Source: a virus. Taken from it: DNA of 6,074 nucleotides. Shown here in pieces: positions 1 through 3,404 of the stretch (within the stretch, counting starts at the first letter, position 1; each line of letters begins with the position of its first letter). Under the pieces are notes generated by a model, which ran no database searches, was not told the DNA's origin, and saw nothing but the letters and a program-made list of their open reading frames with translations. The translations under genes and the position numbers were made by a program. The stretch lies in the IMG/VR virus record IMGVR_UViG_3300020019_000003, positions 1 to 6,074 of that record. The stretch is one strand, 5' to 3'.

Positions 1-108
1 CGTGAATATCGATATTATTGCTGTAAGCAAAACAATTATCGAGATCATCACTTTCGCCCATGTCGGTTTCCCCGCCGCCCATTCCTTGATATTTTTGATG
101 TACTCCAT
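1..108 (-). CDS. Redundant copy of the 5' part of the small membrane-protein ORF (equivalent to 5954-6061), truncated by the window edge
   Basis: Lies inside the terminal duplicate. The ATG at 106-108 (cat on the plus strand) corresponds to 6059-6061. This is not an independent gene. Confidence 0.5.
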   Translation of the reverse strand, partial: MEYIKNIKEWAAGKPTWAKVMISIIVLLTAIISIFT

Positions 109-121
109 AACGTAATAGTTC
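1..121. repeat. Terminal direct repeat, left copy; an exact duplicate of 5954-6074 (circular-contig overlap)
   Basis: Base-by-base comparison: 1-121 (cgtgaatatcgatattattg...cgtaatagttc) is identical to 5954-6074. The repeat boundary falls inside an ORF (the TM segment of the 67-aa protein), as expected for an arbitrary linearisation point of a circle and not for a biological LTR or att site. Confidence 0.97.
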
Positions 122-278
122 TTCTTTGATTTGATTTAGTTTGTACTCGATTGTCCAAATGTCTTTTAATAGAGATTCTTTTTTGAGGAGGAGCTCGCCC
201 CAGCTCTGGCGTAGATTTTTGATTTTCCATTCTTTGTTTGTCATAGTGGTGTTGTTTTTCTGCAAATGTATAAAACAT
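48..278 (-). CDS. Small, strongly basic hypothetical protein (76 aa from the ATG at 276-278; the ORF is open up to an ATG at 330-332, giving 94 aa). Candidate DNA-binding/packaging protein.
   Basis: The ATG at 276-278 lies 5 nt after the Rep stop (TAA, 284-286). My count over the 76 aa is 12 Arg, 8 Lys and only 5 Asp/Glu. The C-terminus reads RNGRRGNRHGRK. The stop TGA (48-50) overlaps an in-frame ATG (46-48) of the next ORF, forming TGATG. I recognise no homology, and an A-rich coding strand can produce Lys-rich ORFs by chance. Confidence 0.4.
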   Translation of the reverse strand: MFYTFAEKQHHYDKQRMENQKSTPELGRAPPQKRISIKRHLDNRVQTKSNQRRTITLWSTSKISRNGRRGNRHGRK

Positions 279-283
279 TTTCT

Positions 284-1222
284 TTATAATCCAAATTTTT
301 TGCGGCTTTTTTTGTATTTTTTCAAATTCCATGGTTCCGCAGGATAGCCGAGAGCTACGTTTTCGTCTTGTCTGTATTTTAGTGCTTGTTCATATTCTCG
401 TTCACCCTCCATTGTTGAAATGTCGATTTTTTCACCTCTGACGTATCGTGTTTGTTTGTTGAGTTTTTGTAGCCATAGTTGTTCGCGTTCTTCGTCTGTC
501 CATAGTTTGTTTCGAAAGTATGTTGGCATGGCCAGCTTTTGCCCCGATGGCGCTTTGTAATATTCCCTTGTGTTCTCTCCTTGAAATTTGTTAAGTCTTG
601 CGTCGTATCTGTTTAGCCAGCCTTTGCCCAACCCTTTTGACGCGAAGACTTTACTTGTGAATCCTGGATGCGCCGCGTCTACTTTGCTTACGTATTTCAC
701 GCAATAACCTACTGACTTGTCGTTCACGTATTCACCGGTATCCACCCACCCGTATCCCCATGTTTCCTCGATTTCTGAGGCACTCTTTGTCGTCCATAGG
801 AAACCATGTAAATGTAGCCTTTCTGTGCTTTTGTGAAACTCTGCTCTTTTCCCGTGGCCTAATTCCGTAACGAGCCAGTGTTTGATTGATTCGTTGTATT
901 TCTTTATCCATCGCTTCCCAAATAACTTGATAGCTCGGGCCGCTATTTCGTTCGGGTCTTCGTTTTTGCATTCTTTTTCTAATTTGTCGAGTGCTTCGTC
1001 GCTAAAGGTCATTGTCATGAAGAGTGCACGCGCGTCGTCTTTCAGCTCCTCGTGTAGTCTTACTTGCCACTCGCGCGCCTTTTTTTGGCGACATTCTATG
1101 CATTTTCCGCATCCGAACGGTACCGCTTTTACGCGTGCGTCTGGCGCCTCCGGCACAAAGCCGCCGTTTTTTTTGTTCGGCAAATATTTTGGATTTGCCC
1201 CTATTCTGCTATACAGACACAT
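284..1222 (-). CDS. VP4: Rolling-circle replication initiation protein (Microviridae VP4 / phiX174 gene A-like HUH endonuclease), 312 aa
   Basis: All three HUH superfamily motifs are readable. Motif 1 is FMTMTF (1004-1021). Motif 2 is the HUH sequence LHLHGFLW (His codons at 812-814 and 806-808). Motif 3 has paired catalytic tyrosines, GYCVKYVSK (Tyr codons at 704-706 and 692-694), which matches the YxxKY spacing of phiX174 protein A. The N-terminus MCL...NP plus the Cys cluster CGKCIEC is typical of microvirus VP4. Confidence 0.93.
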   Translation of the reverse strand: MCLYSRIGANPKYLPNKKNGGFVPEAPDARVKAVPFGCGKCIECRQKKAREWQVRLHEELKDDARALFMTMTFSDEALDKLEKECKNEDPNEIAARAIKLFGKRWIKKYNESIKHWLVTELGHGKRAEFHKSTERLHLHGFLWTTKSASEIEETWGYGWVDTGEYVNDKSVGYCVKYVSKVDAAHPGFTSKVFASKGLGKGWLNRYDARLNKFQGENTREYYKAPSGQKLAMPTYFRNKLWTDEEREQLWLQKLNKQTRYVRGEKIDISTMEGEREYEQALKYRQDENVALGYPAEPWNLKKYKKSRKKFGL

Positions 1223-1301
1223 AATGATAAGGAAAACACCGTAGGTATATACTAATCGCGCTGCCGTTAAGAACGGCCGAGTGATGGTTTCCGGCGCCGA
1301 A

Positions 1302-1321
1302 GATATCGCGGACGCGAGATC
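1302..1321. repeat. Inverted repeat / hairpin GATaTCGCG-ga-CGCGAgATC
   Basis: Pairs 1302-1304 with 1319-1321 and 1306-1309 with 1314-1317. There is one mismatch (1305/1318). The apical nucleotides are GGAC. Confidence 0.6.
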
Positions 1322-1367
1322 GAGGCCCCGAAACCGCGCAGGCCGTTTAGGCGCGCAGTTCTCGCGC

Positions 1368-1387
1368 TCGAAAGTACCGTCTTTCGA
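1368..1387. repeat. Hairpin TCGAAAG-taccgt-CTTTCGA (7-bp perfect stem, 6-nt loop)
   Basis: 1368-1374 is the exact reverse complement of 1381-1387. The stem can extend by 3 bp (1365-1367 with 1389-1391) if A1388 bulges. It directly flanks the AT-rich core. Confidence 0.65.
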
Positions 1388-1407
1388 AGCGTATAGTAAT
1401 TGTTATG

Positions 1408-1435
1408 AAGGCAGAGCGGTTGTCCGCCCTGCCTT
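1408..1435 (-). repeat. Strong GC-rich hairpin; on the coding strand AAGGCAGGGCGG-acaa-CCGCTCTGCCTT
   Basis: 11 Watson-Crick pairs (1408-1414 with 1429-1435, and 1416-1419 with 1424-1427). The 1415/1428 position is an A/C mismatch on the plus strand but a T-G wobble on the minus strand. The stem is therefore continuous (12 bp) only on the coding/virion-sense strand. It directly flanks the AT-rich core on the other side. Confidence 0.7.
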
Positions 1436-1456
1436 GCTTGCGCGTTGTGACTTGTT

Positions 1457-1491
1457 GCGTGTGTGCGCGTGTCTGACACGTGCGCGCGCGC
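1457..1491 (+). repeat. 35-nt imperfect palindrome made of alternating purine-pyrimidine tracts, abutting the VP2 stop codon
   Basis: 1457-1472 (gcgtgtgtgcgcgtgt) and 1477-1491 (cacgtgcgcgcgcgc) are strictly alternating Pu/Py. Folding them gives 12 Watson-Crick pairs plus 4 G-T pairs on the plus strand, with a 3-nt loop at 1473-1475. Those four positions become A-C mismatches on the minus strand. Confidence 0.65.
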
Positions 1492-2646
1492 TTACCAGAT
1501 CATCCGTGCCACAGGTTTTCCATCGGCGCCGTATATTGTAGGCACATCTACTTTTGTCACAGCGTTTTGCGGGCCTCGTAGTGCTTTTGCGCCGGCTCTG
1601 AATCCGATGACCCGTCCGGCGATGTCCGTGAGCATTTGTGCTCCTTGCGCTGCGTAATCTGCCCATGTCCGCCAGGTTACGTAGTCGCCCGTTTCGAATA
1701 GTGTCGCCAGCTCTTTGGCTTTGGCTTCGAGCAAGTGTGCGTCCGCGTTTTTTGCCGCTGCCAGTGCTTCCATGTACACGTATTTCTTTTTCTCCGTGTT
1801 CAGTGCGGCGAGCGCTTTGGCTGCTTTTGCGTTCTGCTGTCGTTCGTAGATTTGTGCCTGCGTGTTTAGCACGTCTTGCGTTCCCTGTCGTGATTTCAAG
1901 CGCCGTCCGATGATCGAGTATTCTCCGAACATGTCGTCATTTACGTCGAGCCTGTCTTTTTCGTTCCCCTCGAAAGCGTCCTCGAAGTAGCTTTCCAGAT
2001 TTCGAATATACTCGCCTTTTCCTTTCTCGAAGAGCTCCCGATATCTGATCGGCCGCATTTGCATTTCTGTGATTTTTTGTTCGGCGATGTGCGCTGCTTC
2101 TGCTCGCTGTTTTGCCGCCGCTGCGTTGATTTCGTCAATCTGTGCATCTTTCATCGCGAGGTCTTTTTTCATCGACACGAGCCCGAGCCCCATCTGTGCT
2201 TGCTGTATCGCTGCTGCCTGTTGCGCCGCTGCGCCGTCAGCTCGCCCTGCTTCTGCTCCTCCTGTTTCGCCTTGAGGAGCTCCAGTAGTTGCTCCGCCAG
2301 CTCCGCCAGCTCCGCCACCGCCATACATAAGCCCGATCGATAATCCTGCGTCTTCCATTTGTTCCCGCATAGCACCGTAAGATTGATCTTGATAGGACCT
2401 TTCGTACATTTCCATTTGACGCTTGTACGCGTTCTCTGCGGCTTTTTCTCCGTATTCATAGTTGAGTTTTGCTGCTTGTTCGTTTAGTTCCTTTTGCGCC
2501 TCTACTTGGCGCTTCATGCGCTTTTTTGCGCCGATTCCGCCGAATAGGGCTCCGACTGCTCCTGATAAACCCGAAGCCAGTCCGCCTGTTAGTCCGTCTG
2601 CTGCTGCGTTTCCTGCGACATTGAGCGCGTTTCCAAACCATCCCAT
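1492..2646 (-). CDS. VP2: Minor capsid / DNA pilot protein (Microviridae VP2, functional analogue of phiX174 H), 384 aa
   Basis: Gly/Ala-rich N-terminus (GGLASGLSGAVGALFGGIG). A charged region rich in Gln, Glu and Lys follows and looks coiled-coil. The motif AGLSIGLMYGGGGAGGAGG resembles the conserved AGLNP.LMYGGG block of gokusho/alpavirus VP2. Ala/Gln-rich helical repeats come next. Its position between the scaffold-like gene and Rep is typical. The assignment rests on remembered family features, not on a search. Confidence 0.85.
   Translation of the reverse strand: MGWFGNALNVAGNAAADGLTGGLASGLSGAVGALFGGIGAKKRMKRQVEAQKELNEQAAKLNYEYGEKAAENAYKRQMEMYERSYQDQSYGAMREQMEDAGLSIGLMYGGGGAGGAGGATTGAPQGETGGAEAGRADGAAAQQAAAIQQAQMGLGLVSMKKDLAMKDAQIDEINAAAAKQRAEAAHIAEQKITEMQMRPIRYRELFEKGKGEYIRNLESYFEDAFEGNEKDRLDVNDDMFGEYSIIGRRLKSRQGTQDVLNTQAQIYERQQNAKAAKALAALNTEKKKYVYMEALAAAKNADAHLLEAKAKELATLFETGDYVTWRTWADYAAQGAQMLTDIAGRVIGFRAGAKALRGPQNAVTKVDVPTIYGADGKPVARMIW
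2291..2317 (-). repeat. Perfect 3 x 9-nt tandem repeat (gctccgcca on the plus strand) encoding the (GGA)n stretch of VP2
   Basis: 2291-2299, 2300-2308 and 2309-2317 are identical and are followed by a partial copy, ccgcc. On the minus strand the repeat translates to the GGAGGAGGA part of YGGGGAGGAGGATTG. Confidence 0.9.
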
Positions 2647-2745
2647 TGTTCAATTCGTTTTATTTTTTCGCGATTTTTTGTAAAAAAATCTAAAATATAC
2701 CTTCTTGTTATATAAGTATAATCGTTCACCAAAAACGATTTTGTT

Positions 2746-2771
2746 AAAAAGGTCGGATTTTAACCCGACCT
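2746..2771 (-). terminator. Candidate intrinsic terminator downstream of the VP3-like gene
   Basis: The minus strand reads AGGTCGG-gttaaaat-CCGACC-TTTTT-aacaa. That is a 6-bp GC-rich stem (2751-2756 with 2765-2770; an A2750-T2771 closing pair is possible but uses the first T of the run), an 8-nt loop, then a T5 run (2746-2750). It sits 41 nt after the stop at 2812-2814. The stem is short, so this is moderate confidence. Confidence 0.55.
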
Positions 2772-2811
2772 ATCAAAAGTTCGTCACGGGTGCGATTATA
2801 CGACTGCTCTG

Positions 2812-3150
2812 TCAAGAGGGGTCCCCACTGGGGGTTACTTCTCCGGCTTCTCGGCCGCTTTGTTTTTCGAGGTTTTGACCTCCCACAATTTCTTCCGTTT
2901 TTGCTGCCTCGGCGAATTTCACGCTGTTGAGCTTCTCCATGGCTGCCTGTGCGATTTCGAATCTGTCTGTACGGATGTCGTATTCAGGGATTACTCCTCT
3001 GCTTTTCTCCGTGTAAATCATCGGTGCAACCGCTTCGATTGGTTTTTTCTCTTCCGTTGCCTTCCGTAATTTTACTTCCAGCGGTTCTGCCTCGTAGCTG
3101 TCATTTTTGATAATGCCGTGTGTTTGACGGCTAATCCATTCTTTGTACAT
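2812..3150 (-). CDS. Putative internal scaffolding protein (VP3-like conserved microvirus protein), 112 aa
   Basis: Contains the block PMIYTEKSRGVIPEYDIRTDRFEIAQAAMEK. I recognise this as the conserved (I)YTER.dGV.PeYdIRTDRwe(i)A motif of a small protein found between VP1 and VP2 in Bacteroidota-associated microviruses. The leader is A-rich (caaaacacctaaaaATG). The scaffolding function is inferred from position and size, not demonstrated. Confidence 0.6.
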   Translation of the reverse strand: MYKEWISRQTHGIIKNDSYEAEPLEVKLRKATEEKKPIEAVAPMIYTEKSRGVIPEYDIRTDRFEIAQAAMEKLNSVKFAEAAKTEEIVGGQNLEKQSGREAGEVTPSGDPS

Positions 3151-3179
3151 TTTTAGGTGTTTTGAAGTGTTTTTGAATT

Positions 3180-3203
3180 AAGGTGAGGGTTTCCCCTCAC
3201 CTT
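3180..3203 (-). other. Very stable 10-bp hairpin capped by a GNRA (GAAA) tetraloop on the coding strand; function unknown
   Basis: The minus strand reads AAGGTGAGGG-GAAA-CCCTCACCTT. 3180-3189 is the perfect reverse complement of 3194-3203. It starts 2 nt after the stop of the 64-aa ORF and ends 29 nt before the VP3-like ATG. It is followed by AATTCAAAAAC, with no U-tract, so it is not a canonical intrinsic terminator. Confidence 0.6.
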
Positions 3204-3205
3204 GG

Positions 3206-3400
3206 TTATTTGAGTTGATTTGCGAGGATTTGAATGTGTTCCACGACCTTTCTACGAATTATTTCCTCGTCGATTGCCCTTTTTAGGTCGCGTAGTTCCT
3301 CGTTGGACATCTGTTTTGTCGTGTCTCGATTTTCTATCCTCTGCATTAGCTCTTTGAATTTTTCTGAGAAGGCTGGCCCTCCCGCTACTTCGTCTTTCAT
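3206..3400 (-). CDS. Hypothetical small charged protein, probably helical, 64 aa from the ATG at 3398-3400 (the ORF track extends it to 3499, inside VP1)
   Basis: The ATG at 3398-3400 lies 4 nt after the VP1 stop (TAA, 3405-3407). The upstream 33 codons would overlap VP1 and look non-protein-like (CRQKTSGYSAQ...). The sequence is MKDEVAGGPAFSEKFKELMQRIENRDTTKQMSNEELRDLKRAIDEEIIRRKVVEHIQILANQLK, which looks amphipathic and helical. I recognise no homology. Confidence 0.5.
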   Translation of the reverse strand: MKDEVAGGPAFSEKFKELMQRIENRDTTKQMSNEELRDLKRAIDEEIIRRKVVEHIQILANQLK

Positions 3401-3404
3401 AGTT

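Larger units (their letters stand above)
1223..1491. other. GC-rich, CpG-rich, hairpin-dense noncoding island between the VP2 stop and the VP4 start. Candidate replication origin, recombination site or structured RNA.
   Basis: My hand count over 1261-1490 gives 139 G+C of 230 (about 60%), visibly higher than the flanking AT-rich leaders. The island is dense in GCGC/CGCG runs. It contains at least six inverted repeats: 1263-1277, 1302-1321, 1351-1367, 1368-1387, 1408-1435 and 1457-1491. A 20-nt AT-rich core lies at about 1388-1409. The only ORFs here have GTG starts and are Arg-rich in every frame. Confidence 0.7.

Noticed and set aside
5-16. 12-nt perfect palindrome AATATCGATATT (also at 5958-5969), with a GATATT core reminiscent of the phiX174 nick region
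   Set aside because: Roughly one 12-nt perfect palindrome is expected by chance in 6 kb. It lies within the coding sequence for the TM helix (AIISIFTS), and the flanks show no similarity to a known origin.
1-121. Terminal direct repeats as a biological feature (LTR, att sites or cos-like redundancy)
   Set aside because: The repeat is exact and starts in the middle of the TM-helix codons of an ORF that is only intact when the ends are joined. This is the signature of a circular contig linearised at an arbitrary point.
1267-1479. 70-aa Arg-rich minus-strand ORF (MSDTRTHATSHNAQARQGG...RRRKPSLGRS) inside the GC island, which could be read as a J-like basic protein
   Set aside because: It has a GTG start only and no ATG anywhere. 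Every frame on both strands of this GC/CpG-rich segment gives similarly Arg-rich ORFs (1281-1541 plus strand, 1403-1666 minus strand), as expected from CGN-rich sequence with few stop codons. The segment is saturated with inverted repeats, which fits a structural element better. I keep it only as an alternative that comparative analysis should exclude.
732-2653. Same-strand off-frame ORFs inside Rep and VP2 (732-971, 1941-2147, 2169-2459, 2456-2653, 1403-1666)
   Set aside because: They are short (65-96 aa), basic and low-complexity, with no sensible start context. Their frequency across genes suggests a codon-composition by-product. Only the much longer 148-aa example in VP1 is kept as a low-priority finding.
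2795-2815. Perfect sigma-70 hexamers on the coding strand: TTGACA (2810-2815) and TATAAT (2795-2800)
   Set aside because: The spacer is only 9 nt, against about 17 nt required. There is no TG extended -10 element. TTGACA overlaps the VP3-like stop codon, and the likely host group does not use this promoter architecture. I treat it as coincidental.
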